64,000 nucleotides of DNA from Macrostomum lignano. Its lineage: Eukaryota. Made by a program: the position numbers and the translations under genes. The DNA lies in contig NIVC01002659.1 of the NCBI GenBank assembly GCA_002269645.1, forward strand, positions 81,960 to 145,959. Reading direction: 5' to 3'. The notes under the pieces are model-generated. The model saw nothing but the letters and a program-made list of their open reading frames with translations. It did no database searches and was not told the DNA's origin. This document shows positions 1 through 12,760 of this stretch, piece by piece; position 1 is the first letter of the stretch, and every line of letters begins with the position of its first letter.

Positions 1-787
1 CCGTTGCATTTGGACTAGGGAAAATGCATTAAAGAGAGGAAGGAAGAAGGATCCATTTACCCCAATGTAGCACGCTTGCCAGTCACCATTGGCAGTTTTC
101 CTGAATCTAGGTCGATAAAACTGATAAAGCCTCAGTTTGAGCCTTTAAAAAATTGTACGTTCTGACACGAATTTAACTTCTAGGGGTTCTTAGTCGCTAC
201 TAAAAGTAGTCTACTGAACAGCTCTTTTAATATAAAAAATGTTTGAAACTCTAGAAAGAGCAACAGGCATTAGACAGGACCGGTGTGACCAAAACCACCT
301 AGATAGAATGAGTTGAGGGTTGAGAACTGAGTCTTGAGATGAAGCTGTGAGTAGAAAAAAATAGAATGACAGACACATGGCAAGAGAGAGAGAGAGAGCT
401 GTTTGTGTTTAAAGTCGACTCCCCTAGAAGAGACGAGAAGAATTACTTGCTGGCAACTCTTGCCCTAAAAGCCTAGAAACACTCTGCTGAATGAAAGAAA
501 ATGAAAAAGGCAGAGAGATAGCCAGGTTGAGAAGTATAGAAATTGAGTCTAGCCATCGCCTAACAGTAACGACTGCAGCTGTTTGTGGGCGCTGGTTGCC
601 CTTAACACCGGAATATTCTGCCTTGCGCAAAGAATGAGACAGAAAGACAGGGAGAGAGAGAGAGTGAAGACAGGAACAGTAAAAAGACGAACGTCTCATC
701 GAAACGCCCCGAGTTTTTATAGGAAGCCTCTCTACAATCTTTCTTCCGCAGGCGTTTTTCGCTAAAGCTTGGTACAGCACAGCACAG

Positions 788-788
788 C

Positions 789-827
<39 letters not shown>

Positions 828-864
828 CAGACAGAGACAAACAGACACAGACAGACAGACAGCC
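788..864. repeat. (CAGA)n microsatellite just upstream of the ankyrin ATG
   Basis: Direct reading. Confidence 0.95.
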
Positions 865-872
865 AGGCAGAG

Positions 873-3050
873 ATGCCAATGCCGCTAATACCCCAGCGCC
901 CGGTTTACCCATCGGCAAGCCCGGCCGAGGCAATCCTGGCCGGCTATTTCGCCCAGGTGCGCTACCTGCTGCAGACTGGCGGTCGGGGAGCAGCGGACAC
1001 GCGGGAGCCGCTTGCAGGCGGCCGGACGCCTTTGATTCTGTGCTCGCTGGTCCGCGACCGCTGCTGGTCAGTCAGCCTGGCCCGCTTGCTGTTGGAGAAG
1101 GGCGCGAAAGTCGGACTGAAGGATCGCAGAGGAATGAACGCGCTGCACTACGCCTGCGCTCACGGTCGGGAGGAGCTGGCCGAGCTGTTCCTGCAGGCCA
1201 TCGACTATCGGGTTGACGCGGCCGATGGCTACAGGAATTCGGCGATGCACTACGCGGTCAGGGGAGGCCGCCTGCGGATTGTCGAAGCTCTCGCCAAGGT
1301 GCTGCAGCGGCTGCAGCTGCCCGTTAGTCCACCGAACCGAGAGGGCGTCACCCCGCTGATGCTGGCCTACATGGCTGATAAGATGGACATCGCGGCCAAG
1401 CTGCTGGAGGCCGGGGCCGACGCAGACGCGGTGGACGCCTTCGGTAAAGCGACGTCCGTCTATCGGAGAGAAGCTGAGGAGCGACTGCGCGATGCAGAGG
1501 AGGCGGCCGCCGCCAAGGTGAGTTAAAGGAATTCCGCTGATGCCCGACCACGCACAGGTACATGGATACGTAAGCAAGCACGCGCTCACACAGGGTGTAC
1601 GTGTACAGCGGTACAGTGGTGAAGGGTCAGTAGGATAGGGTGAACGGTCAGTAGGATAGGGTGAACGGTCAGTAGGATAGGGTGAACGATCAGTAGGATA
1701 GGGTGAAGGGTCAGTAAGATAGGGTGAACGGTCAGTAGGATAGGGTGAACGGTCAGTAGGATAGGGTGAACGGTCAGTAGGATAGGGTGAACGGTCAGTA
1801 GGATAGGGTGAACGGTCAGTAGGATAGGGTGAACGGTCAGTAGGATAGGGTGAAGGGTCAGTAGGATAGGGTGAAGGATCAGTAAGATAGGGTGAAGGGT
1901 CAGTAGGATAGGGTGAACGGTCAGTAGGATAGGGTGAACGGTCAGTAGGATAGGGTGAAGGGTCAGTAGGATAGGGTGAAGGGTCAGTAGGATAGGGTGA
2001 AGGGTCAGTAGGATAGGGTGAAGGATCAGTAGGATAGGGTGAAGGGTCAGTAGGATAGGGTGAAGGATCAGTAGGATAGGGTGAACGGTCAGTAGGATAG
2101 GGTGAAGGGTCAGTAGGATAGGGTGAAGGATCAGTAGGATAGGGTGAACGGTCAGTAGGATAGGGTGAAGGGTCAGTAGGATAGGGTGAAGGATCAGTAG
2201 GATAGGGTGAAGGGTCAGTAGGATAGGGTGAACGGTCAGTAGGATAGGGTGAAGGGTCAGTAGGATAGGGTGAATGATCAGTAGGATAGGGTGAAGGGTC
2301 AGTAGGATAGGGTGAAGGATCAGTAGGATAGGGTGAACGGTCAGTAGGATAGGGTGAAGGGTCAGTAGGATAGGGTGAACGGTCAGTAGGATAGGGTGAA
2401 GGGTCAGTAGGATAGGGTGAACGGTCAGTAGGATAGGGTGAAGGGTCAGTAGGATAGGGTGAAGGGTCAGTAGGATAGGGTGAAGGGTCAGTAGGATAGG
2501 GTGAAGGGTCAGTAGGATAGGGTGAACGGTCAGTAGGATAGGGTGAAGGATCAGTAGGATAGGGTGAAGGGTCAGTAGGATAGGGTGAAGGATCAGTAGG
2601 ATAGGGTGAAGGGTCAGTAGGATAGGGTGAAGGGTCAGTAGGCCCTGAGAGAGAGAGAGGAACGAGGAGATGTGGTGCCACAGCCGCGCTACTGTTAAAT
2701 CTCTGAAACGTAACATCCGCCCCCGCCCTCCTGAAGGCCGCTGGCCGGAAGCTCCGCTTCGACGACGTGGACGGATGGCGGCGCTACCAGAACCGGCTGC
2801 GGTCCGCGCCCGCTGGCCGGCGCTGCGCTTCTGCCCTGTCGGCCGCTTCAACAGTCGGCACCGCGGCCACGACAAACGCAGCTTCTAGCGGAGGTTCAAC
2901 CTTCAAAGAGGCGCAGCGGCAGCTACGCAGGACCCGGATGTACCAGCCGGAATCCGCCGAACTCATCGAGGCGGCCTCGCCGCTGGATCGGCACAACAAT
3001 CCCGGCGAGGTGTTCCGGACGACGCCCGCCGAATTCTTTGGACCGACGGC

Positions 3051-3098
<48 letters not shown>

Positions 3099-3642
3099 CC
3101 TCAGCATCAGCGGCGTTCGCGTCCCATCTGCGTCGACAGGAGCGGCCAGGCGCCCTCGCGCCCAATCTGCGGCGCCGTCGAGTCGCCAGTGTCGCCATGG
3201 AAACGACAGCGACAGCGACTCGGACCGGTCCAGAGACTCTCGCGAGATTCGGCAGCTCCGGCCGTCGGCGGCTAGACGGCGAGATTTCGGCGCCAGCGAC
3301 AGCCTGACGATGGCGCGCCTGTTCCACGACTACGAGTTCCACTGCTCGTCGCTTTATCGACCGCCCCCGAAGCCGGCCGACCCGACGATGTACGTGCACG
3401 ACTTCGCCGCTCGTTACTTGTCACCGTCGCTAACCGACGCAGACGGAAGCGGCGCCGGCGCTGGCGGCAGCGAGGCCGGCGGAGGCGGCGGTCGGCGTAA
3501 GAAGGAGGCGGCCGGGTGGGCCGGAAAGGCAAGCGAGGGCCGGCGGCGTCGGCGGCGGCCACTGCAACTGCGGCAGCGGCGATGTTCGCGGCAGAGTCGG
3601 TCAAGAAGAAGGCGACGGGCGGCGGGGCGGCGGGTCGGATGA
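873..3642 (+). CDS. Ankyrin-repeat protein (ANKRD63-like N-terminus, low-complexity C-terminus); 2 exons 873-1517, 2737-3642; 516 aa
   Basis: Ankyrin motifs GRTPLILC, GMNALHYAC, NSAMHYAV and GVTPLMLA. Donor AAG|GTGAGT at 1518 and acceptor CTCCTGAAG|GCC at 2736, both phase 0. Exon 2 has a polyQ run. Subfamily is from remembered similarity only. Confidence 0.8.
1617..2641. repeat. 21-bp minisatellite GGGTCAGTAGGATAGGGTGAA, ~49 copies, in the ankyrin intron
   Basis: Direct reading; explains the PYPTD and LTLHPIL pseudo-ORFs. Confidence 0.97.
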
Positions 3643-4000
3643 GCCGGGCAGCATTCAGTCGGGAGGAATAGCATATGGATTGCAAACTCTGTTGGGATAA
3701 AAAGACCTTTAAATTGACAATCTTTGCTTGCTGCACTGTGAAACAACTCTCTGCTTTTGACTATCAGCGTCTTAGAGTAGCCCACGCACCTTTGAATACT
3801 TATATGAACTAAACTCTATTGTACATGCTAAAAATGAACTCTGTACATTTCTGTATTAAAATTATAAACACTCCATTCTCACTCAGTTACAACAATCCTG
3901 CGAAAATGACTGAATTCATAAGTCAGTCTCGCGCTGGTTGAGATTCTTTTATTTGCTGAATTGACAAAAGTTCTGTTCGGATCAGTTCAGATGTTGGATG

Positions 4001-4632
4001 AGAGACGCTTCTCTGACACTCAGGGGTGAGATTGGAGACGCTTCTCTGACACTCAGGGGTGAGATTGGAGACGCTTCTCTGACACTCAGGGGTGAGATTG
4101 GAGACGCTTCTCTGACACTCAGGGAGGAGATGGGGTGAGATTGGAGGCGCTTCTCTGACACTCAGGGGTGAGATTGGAGACGCTTCTCTGACACTCAGGG
4201 GTGAGATTGGAGGCGCTTCTCTGACACTCAGGGTGAGATTGGAGGCGCTTCTCTGACACTCAGGGGTGAGATTGGAGACGCTTCTCTGACACTCAGGGGT
4301 GAGATTGGAGGCGCTTCTCTAACACTTAGGGGTGAGATTGGAGACGCTTCTCTGACACTCAGGGGTGAGATTGGAGGCGCTTCTCTGACACTCAGGGGTG
4401 AGATTGGAGACGCTTCTCTGACACTCAGGGAGGAGATGGGGTGAGATTGGAGGCGCTTCTCTGACACTCAGGGGTGAGATTGGAGGCGCTTCTCTGACAC
4501 TCAGGGTGAGATTGGAGGCGCTTCTCTGACACTCAGGGGTGAGATTGGAGACGCTTCTCTGACACTCAGGGTGAGATTGGAGGCGCTTCTCTGACACTCA
4601 GGGAGGAGATGGGGTGAGATTGGAGGCGCTTT
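4001..4632. repeat. 33-bp minisatellite GAGACGCTTCTCTGACACTCAGGGGTGAGATTG between the convergent ankyrin and GPCR 3' ends
   Basis: Direct reading, ~19 copies with variants. Confidence 0.95.
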
Positions 4633-5061
4633 TAACCTACCGAATCTGCTTTTTATTTGTCATGGAAAAAAGTTACAAAATAAAAGAAACAATGCAAAAA
4701 GCAGGCAAGCATAGAAGTGCTGAATCAAAGCCTGAACAATAGCAACAAAAATCAAATCAAATCAAAACACAGTTTTGAAGGGCAAAATGACACAACACTC
4801 AACTGTAGCGCTAGAATGTGACAAAAATATCGCCACACAGCCGTAGGCAGTGATAGGACTAGACAGATAATATAAAAAAGAAGAAAAGAAAATTCCAGTA
4901 AAATTTTTCCTGTAAAAGTAGTATAGATTGCGCGCTTGTGTAGAAATTTAATAAATTTAATGTGAAACGAAAAAATGTGGACAATTTAAAAGTTTGTCTT
5001 GGAAATTTCATGTTTGAATGAATAAAAATTGTTGGCGGAAACCTCAAATCACAGTTTTCAT

Positions 5062-7129
5062 TCAGGCTCCGCTCGTGTCTTGGTGATACTCGCGAATCAC
5101 TGAGCCTTCCTGCCGGTTCGCTCGAAGTCTCATCTTTGAAAAAAATGGCAGTAAAAATCACATTCACTGTTTCACATTCACTATCTGTGCTTCACATTCC
5201 CTATCTGTGTTTCACATTCACTATTCACTATCTGTGTTTCACATTCCCTATCTGTGTTTCACAATCACTATTCAATATCTGTGTTTCACATTCACTATCT
5301 GTGTTTCACATTCACTATTCCCTATCTGTGTTTCACAATCACTATTCACTATCTGTGTTTCACATTCACTATCTGTGTTTCACATTCACTATCTGTGTTT
5401 CACATTCACTATTCCCTATCTGTGTTTCACAATCACTATTCACGATCTGTGTTTCACATTCACTATCTGTGTTTCACATTCACTATCTGTGTTTCACATT
5501 CACTATTCACTATCTGTGTTTCACATTCCCTATCTGTGTTTCACATTCCCTATCTGTGTTTCACAATCACTATTCAATATCTGTGTTTCACATTCACTAT
5601 CTGTGTTTCACATTCACTATCTGTGTTTCACATTCACTATTCCCTATCTGTGTTTCACAATCACTATTCACGATCTGTGTTTCACATTCACTATCTGTGT
5701 TTCACATTCACTATCTGTGTTTCAAATTCACTATATGCGTTTCACATGCACTATCTGTGTTCCACATTCACTACCTGTGTTTCATTCACTACACTGTATC
5801 TGTTTCACATTCACTACACTGTATCGGTGTTTCACATTCCCTGTCTTCCCTAATAAACTCTCACCATCAGGGCGGCCAGAGTCGCCTTCTTCCTGACAAC
5901 CGGGTTCAGGTAGAACAAGAAGAAATTAACGGTGCCTGAAAGATTAAATTGAGTTCAAATGTAACCGGTTTTTGAGTATCGGGGATTTGGAGACAGGGGG
6001 TTGGAAAGGTCATTTGAGGACGCGGAGGTTGGGAAAGTTCAGTTGAGGACACGGGAGTTGGGAAAGGTCAGTTGAGGACACGGGGGTGAGAAAGGCCAGT
6101 TGAGGACACGGGAGTTGGGAAAGGTCATTTGAGGACACGGGAGTTGGGAAAGGTCAGTTGAGGACACGGGAGTTGGGAAAGGTCATTTGAGGACACGGGA
6201 GTTGGGAAAGGTCAGTTGAGGACACGGGAGTTGGGAAAGGTCAGTTGAGGACACGGGGTGAGAAAGGTCAGTTGAGGACACGGAGGTGAGAAAGGTCAGT
6301 TGAGGACACGGGGGTGAGAAAGGCCAGTTGAGGACACGGGAGTTGGGAAAGGTCAGTTGAGGACATGGGGGTGAGAAAGGCCAGTTGAGGACACGGGGGT
6401 GAGAAAGGCCAGTTGAGGACACGGGAGTTGGGAAAGGTCATTTGAGGACACGGGAGTTGGGAAAGGTCAGTTGAGGACACGGGAGTTGGGAAAGGTCAGT
6501 TGAGGACACGGGGTGAGAAAGGTCAGTTGAGGACACGGGGGTGAGAAAGGTCAGTTGAGGACACGGGGTGAGAAAGGCCAGTTGAGGACACGGGGGTGAG
6601 AAAGGTCATTTGAGGACGCGGAGGTTGGAAAAGTCAGTTGAGGACGCGAAGGGTGAGAAAGTTCAGTTGAGGACACGGGAGTTGGGAAAGGTCAGTTGAG
6701 GACACGGGAGTTGGGAAAGGTCAGTTGAGGACACGGGAGTTGGGAAAGGTCAGTTGAGGACACGGGAGTTGGGAAAGGTCAGTTGAGGACACGGGGATGA
6801 GAAAGGCCAGTTGAGGACATCGTTGGGAAAGGTCAGCTAAGGACACTGGGGTTGGGAAAAGACACGAAGATAACTGAGCATAGCAAAATGCTCAAGTTTT
6901 TCATCACGCACCGATAATTGGTGCCGAAACCGCGCTCAAGATGAAGAGCGGGAAGCTGGGCTGGTCAGGATTAACCGCATTGCTGATCCTATTAGCCAGA
7001 GGCAGCATCTCCAGAGCTAGGAATACGCACGGGTAAGCCAGCAGAGGGTAAACCTGCTCCCTGTGCACCGATGCGGCTGAGGCTGCCAGATCGCTGGACG
7101 CCCCGTCGACTCCTCCGGCGTCCCAGCCA

Positions 7130-7162
<33 letters not shown>

Positions 7163-8847
7163 ACTCCGACTCCGTCGAGGGAGTCGCGTCGAAGTCGCAC
7201 CAAAATGATAGCGTAGGCAGCCAGCATGCCCAGCAGGAGGGCGATGGCCGGGACGAACCAGACGGCCATGCGCCAGGCGGTGTCCGTCACCCAGCACCAG
7301 GCGCCGGCGGGGCCATAGGTGCCGGACTTGGCGAGCGGCAGCAGGGCCGGCAGTAGCGGTGCGATGAAGCAGACGGCCACGTATAGGCTAGTTTGGAGGG
7401 GATGTAGGGGTCAGCTAAGGACACGGAGATTGGATAGGTCAGCTGAGGACACGGAGATTGGATAGGTCAGCTGAGGACACGGAGACTGGATAGGTCAGCT
7501 GAGGACACGGAGACTGGATAGGTTAGCTGAGGACACGAGACTGGATAGGTCAGCTGAGGACACGGAGACTGGATAGGTCAGCTGAGGACACAGAGACTGG
7601 AAAGGTCAGCTGAGGACACGGAGACTGGATAGGTCAGCTGAGGACACGGAGACTGGATAGGTTAGCTGAGGACACGAGACTGGATAGGTCAGCTGAGGAC
7701 ACGCAGACTGGATGATAGGTCAGCTGAGGACACGGAGATTGGATGGGTCAGCTGTCGAATTTGAATGTGTGAAATGTCAGTAGGATAATAAGAATCTTTG
7801 ATAATTAGATAATTGGAGAAGTTATTTCAGGACATAAGGGTCAGTAATGACACGGAGGATGCAAATCCCAATCAAGTATTTGACCACCTGTCACTCAAAA
7901 CTATAGTGAGAAAATATATCTAAAAAAGAACTTGCTCTGTCTGTTTGGTAAAATGTTGAATCTCTTGAAATTGCAAATTCATTGTGTTTATCAATTTTTT
8001 AATTTGTAATTAAACTTACAGCTCAAATCTATCAGTAATTGTAGACTTGACAGTGTAAAAGAACAAATAAACAGTTATTGAGGCTACCCACAGAAGAACA
8101 TTCCAATCTGAAATTCAAAAAGGCAACACTAGGTTTATAAATCAATAAAGTTTATATGCTTATATAGGATGCACTAAATTGATTACCTGAATATGTAAGC
8201 CAGAATGCTTCCAGGATGCAAATTGGGCTATTTTCTTGAGGATGCCCCTTAAAAGTATAGAAGTAAGTGAAAATATTAATTAAAAATTAAAAAGCAGGAT
8301 GCCTTGGTTGTCAAGTAAACTTACCAATAGATAAATCACACTATCAAGAAAGATAGCAACTGTTAGATATATAATGAGCCTGTAGGAAAACTTCTGGTAG
8401 AACTTAAATATGTAAATGATGAATAGCAAGAGCAGACTGAAATTTATGAGAGATTGAGAGTATTTTACATGTAGGTATAGTCTTAAAAACAGTAAAAATA
8501 ATATGCATTTAGTAATAAAAACATACCTTGATATTACAGACAAGGAGGCATTAATTCGCTTTATGAAAATAATTGCGTCCTGAAATGGAAAAGATGCTTT
8601 AAAGACTGTAAATATAGTTTTAAATATAAACCTCAACCTTAAACTCTAAAAAATGAAACCAATATTCGATAATTAAAAACAATTACAGACATATTTTGAT
8701 TCCATTGCTGGATTTAAATACAAAAACACAACTAAAAGACAATATAATTATTCAGTATTTACACTACACATCACTTACACATTTATCAGGCTCCGAAGGA
8801 AACAACAGACACTCTTCACGCTCTTGTGTTTCATTATTGGATATCAT
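5062..8847 (-). CDS. 7TM GPCR, Dictyostelium cAMP-receptor-like/GPR157-type; 8 exons 8847-8779, 8579-8527, 8436-8325, 8247-8187, 8107-8020, 7387-6912, 5935-5865, 5133-5062; 333 aa
   Basis: All introns GT-AG and phase-compatible (1002 nt total). Spliced protein reads MISNNETQ..CLLFPSEPDKC DAIIFIKRINASLSVISSLLLLFIIYIFKFYQKFSYRLIIYL..CILEAFWLTYSDWNVLLWVASIT..YGPAGAWCW..WRMAVWFVP..YPLLAYP. N-terminal NET glycosylation sequon. Confidence 0.85.
5158..5845. repeat. 20-bp minisatellite TTCACATTCACTATCTGTGT with 11-bp insertions, filling GPCR intron 7
   Basis: Direct reading. Confidence 0.95.
5990..6860. repeat. 29-bp minisatellite GGAAAGGTCAGTTGAGGACACGGGAGTTG, filling GPCR intron 6
   Basis: Direct reading. 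Confidence 0.95.
7408..7755. repeat. 28-bp minisatellite GGATAGGTCAGCTGAGGACACGGAGACT in GPCR intron 5
   Basis: Direct reading; same family as the 5990-6860 array. Confidence 0.95.
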
Positions 8848-10451
8848 TCTGGATTCTGATTACTATTAGATTGGGAATAGACCAAATAACGCTAGTTAGC
8901 GTAGTTTGAATTAATTTGAATTATTTAAAAATAACCACTTAAAAACAACCACTTTACAGACCAGCGATAATCTACAATACTGGTGTTATTAATCTCTACC
9001 AGTGCAGTAAGCCATGATTAATGGTAGTCAGAGCTTGAGCTATAGCTCATGAAACTTCGTCGAAAATAAAGTGTTCAAAAATAAATAAAGAATAAAGTAG
9101 CAATATTTAAAGATCTAATACTTACTTCATAAGTAGAAAAACGCCAATGTTTTTTCTCGCAATTAGTAATTATTATTTTATTTCGTTAATTCAGTACTAT
9201 ATTCTACAGTTTGTTAAAGCCATTTTTATTTTTTCTATTATCGTAAACCCGGAAGAACCTTCATTGTGCACAGCTATAAGTAAAGGCCCTCGGAGTTTAG
9301 TTCTATATATGTTACTTTAGTTCTTAAGTAGACTGAAATCTTCTAACTATGAGTAATATAAATATATTGGCTTACGTGCTATGCTAAATGTAATAAGTGG
9401 ATCCTCAGACTTAAAAGTAGCAGTGGACCCGGCCTGGACAATGAAATTTACTACCTAGATTTCCTCGTACCATGCTTGCGTTATAAAGATATAAAACTAA
9501 AGCAAGAAACATACAGGTGCTTTAATCTGTACACTTGAGATTCAGAGATTTATTGACATTACATACTACATATTTGTATTTGTCGTATCGCTAGTAAATT
9601 CAGTATGATTTAGAGAACACAGCGCTGAGTGGGGCTTAATAATGCACAAATTCGGTCGAGAATCATCCCCGCTAGAAAGAGAAGATTTCTCGAGAACATA
9701 TTAAAAATTTACGAGCGATATGACAATATCAAATGGCCCCTTAATGAGACACCTGCAGTTTTTACACGTATTTTATTTATAATTCGTAGACAGAAACAAC
9801 AAAGCTCTAAATTATTACTTCTTAATCTTCTTAATCATATCTGAAACCCTGAAGTATGAAATCTTTATCCTCGCACCTTACTACAGTATTTTATCTCCAT
9901 TTAATTCACTGTAAACTGATCAGCCAAATACACGATGATAAATTGAATCTCGCAGCCTCTATATAGCATCGATGCCATATATTGAAATCAGCTTTGAGTG
10001 GGACTTGAGCCGAGAGATGTAGGGGGTGCAATAAAATCATAAAAATGATGAGGAATGAACAGCAAGAGTGTTTCTGTCTCTCTGTCAGCCTCACTGAAAC
10101 TGCAGCTCATTATAACAACCCAACACGGATGGAGCGATGCTGTTGAGAGATGAGATTGATAAGAAAAAAACTGATATTTTTCAATCTAAACTGGATTATA
10201 CACTGCCTCAATTGAACTGCAATTTCGCTGAGTAGGTGTTGGTAGTAGACTGGCTGCGGAATCACAGATTAAAACTGATTTTTTATACATTGTCTCCTTA
10301 ACCCACTCAGCAACCAGACTGCTCAGGCAAAGTCAGGTGTTTTTTAATCAATTTAAAAACCATATCCGCGCAGCATTGCAGCCACATGGACATTAGCTGA
10401 TAGCTTAGGAAACGAACACTGGGCAAAAATTGACTTTATTTGTAAAATTGG

Positions 10452-10835
10452 GTTGTTAGTAGCGCTAGATTGGGTTGTCAGTAGCGCTAGATTGGGTTGT
10501 TAGTAGCGCTAGATTGGGTTGTCAGTAGCGCTAGATTGGGTTGTTAGTAGCGCTAGATTGGGTTGTTAGTAGCGCTAGATTGGGTTGTCAGTAGCGCTAG
10601 ATTGGGTTGTTAGTAGCGCTTGATTGGGTTGTTAGTAGCGCTAGATTGGGTTGTCAGTAGCGCTAGATTGGGTTGTCAGTAGCGCTAGATTGGGTTGTTA
10701 GTAGCGCTTGATTGGGTTGTCAGTAGCGCTAGATTGGGTTGTTAGTAGCGCTTGATTGGGTTGTCAGTAGCGCTAGATTGAGTTGTCAGTAGCGCTAGAT
10801 TCGGCTGTCAGTGGCGCTAGATTTGACTGTCAGTG
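10452..10835. repeat. 22-bp minisatellite TAGTAGCGCTAGATTGGGTTGT
   Basis: Direct reading; the unit contains the palindrome TAGCGCTA. Confidence 0.95.
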
Positions 10836-11246
10836 GCACAAATTTTTTAAAGTCGTTTTTAAAATAATGAGAATTTTATAGTGAATTTGACTTTTCTAAC
10901 AATTCCTATAGCAAGCTTCATTCCATCTGTCAAACAAAGCGCAAATGCAACTACAAGCCAGCAAACAGAAATTCTCGTACTGCGCACACAATTGAATAAT
11001 GCGTGGCGAATGAGAAACGAATCCATATTCATAATTCTTTATCGCTTTGCTTTGAGGCCGAGCCCTGCCCTGAGCTTCAAAGGATGCACGAAACGAAGGA
11101 AACAAAAAACTAAACTGGCCGGTTGACTGTAAGTTGAGGGCGGGGCCTGTGACTGCATCTGTGCGTGACCGGCTGCTGGTGTACGGTTGCGAATCAGGGA
11201 TCAATATCGAGATGTGAGCGAATTATACTTTTTAACAGAAACATTT

Positions 11247-11820
11247 TGCCTATCGGGTGTTTATTGCCATAGACACCTTGCACTACCGGATGTTTATTGC
11301 CATAGACACCTAGCACTATGGGGTGTTTATTGCCATAGACACCTTGCACTATCGAATGTTTATTGCCATAGACACATTGTACTATCGAGTGTTTATTGCC
11401 ATAGACACATTGTACTATCGGGTGTTTATTGCCATAGACACATTGTACTATCGGGTGTTTATTGCCATAGACACCTTGCCCAATCGGGTGTTTATTGTCA
11501 TAGACACCTTGCACTATCGGGTGTTTATTGCCATAGACACCTTGCACTATCGGGTGTTTATTACCATAGACACCTTGCACTATCGGGTGTTTGTTGCCAT
11601 AGACACGCTTGCACTATCGGGTGTTTATTGCCATAGACACATTGTACTATCGGATGTTTATTGCCATAGACACCTTGCACTATCGGGTGTTTGTTGCCAT
11701 AGACACGCTTGCACTATCGGGTGTTTATTGCTATAGACACCTTGCACTATCGGGTGTTTATTGCCATAGACACATTGCACTATCGGGTGTTTATTGCCAT
11801 AGACATAATGCACTATTACA
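11247..11820. repeat. 33-bp minisatellite GACACCTTGCACTATCGGGTGTTTATTGCCATA
   Basis: Direct reading. Confidence 0.95.
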
Positions 11821-12059
11821 CTGAAAGACAGTTTTCCTATGAATAAAGTATGTATTTCAGTGTGGCTATGTATTCTTGCCTGCATAATAACTATTAGCGA
11901 ACTGTCAATTCAAAGTGTAGCTTAGCAGAAGAGCATAGGTATGATGATAATAATGAATATAAGAGCCTGATGCTTCTGCAGTCTCGAATATCCTCCCCAA
12001 GCCCTACCCACTCAGAATTCGCTAGCAGCTGAAATGCCTTGTCCGTTATAACCTGATCT

Positions 12060-12760
12060 CAGCTCCCAGCCTGGCGCTGGCTTTGTTGCCTACCCCACAC
12101 CGGTAGAAATCCCTTTTTACAGACTGTCTCCCATGTCTCTCTCCCTTTTCTCCCCTTCTTCACGTCAGCGGCATTGTCGCAGTCGCAGTCCTTGAATAGA
12201 AGTGAGGAGAAGCCCTGTTCTCCTATACCGAATCGCGGATGAGGTTCGGGATAGACACAGCCAAAACATTTCTGTAGTTCAAGCCTGAGTTCTTCAGCGC
12301 GGATGCAGATGCGCAGACTCAGCCGCCACCCATCCGCCTCAATCTGAGTCGCTGACAGGATAAGGATAGGGGTGGGCGCTCGATCCCCAAACCTACCCAG
12401 CACCGGCGGGGATTCAGTACCAAACCGAGCTGAGAGCAGTGCATCAATAGGAAGGCAGGCATTGATATACATATTTATTCCTTTTGGCTCCGTCCGGGGT
12501 TCCTCCTTTTTAGCTTGACGCGGATTCGAACACGGGGCCGAAGCCGGACAAAGGCCGCGGGCGCCAAAGAGATATTCAGGCTTTTTTGTCCACTGCTTTT
12601 CTTTTGCGACCCGAAACAAATAGAGAGACAGGGGGTGGGCGGCTGAAGGCAACCGGCCACGCGACAACAAATTAAGCGCGTCTACCTGGTGCGCACAGAG
12701 GCGAGACAGCGTCGGAGAGGACTCCGACCCCAGCTGAGGGATCTCGAGAATCAATCAGGC
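12060..12760 (-). mobile_element. Possible highly decayed non-LTR (CRE-like) reverse transcriptase remnant
   Basis: Scattered, frameshifted peptides (LNLLSRGRLP, YLFGAR, GGAESAH-like, LTSIQG) occur in an order reminiscent of CRE-clade RT; no clean QGD or YADD motif. Confidence 0.25.

Noticed and set aside
1068-2875. Long ORFs PYPTD.., LTLHPIL.. and all similar ones (SIYL, CRIC/MLQN, VQGVRW, THPID, DSASR, QSVS)
   Set aside because: They are translations of tandem repeats lacking a stop in one frame, mostly inside introns.
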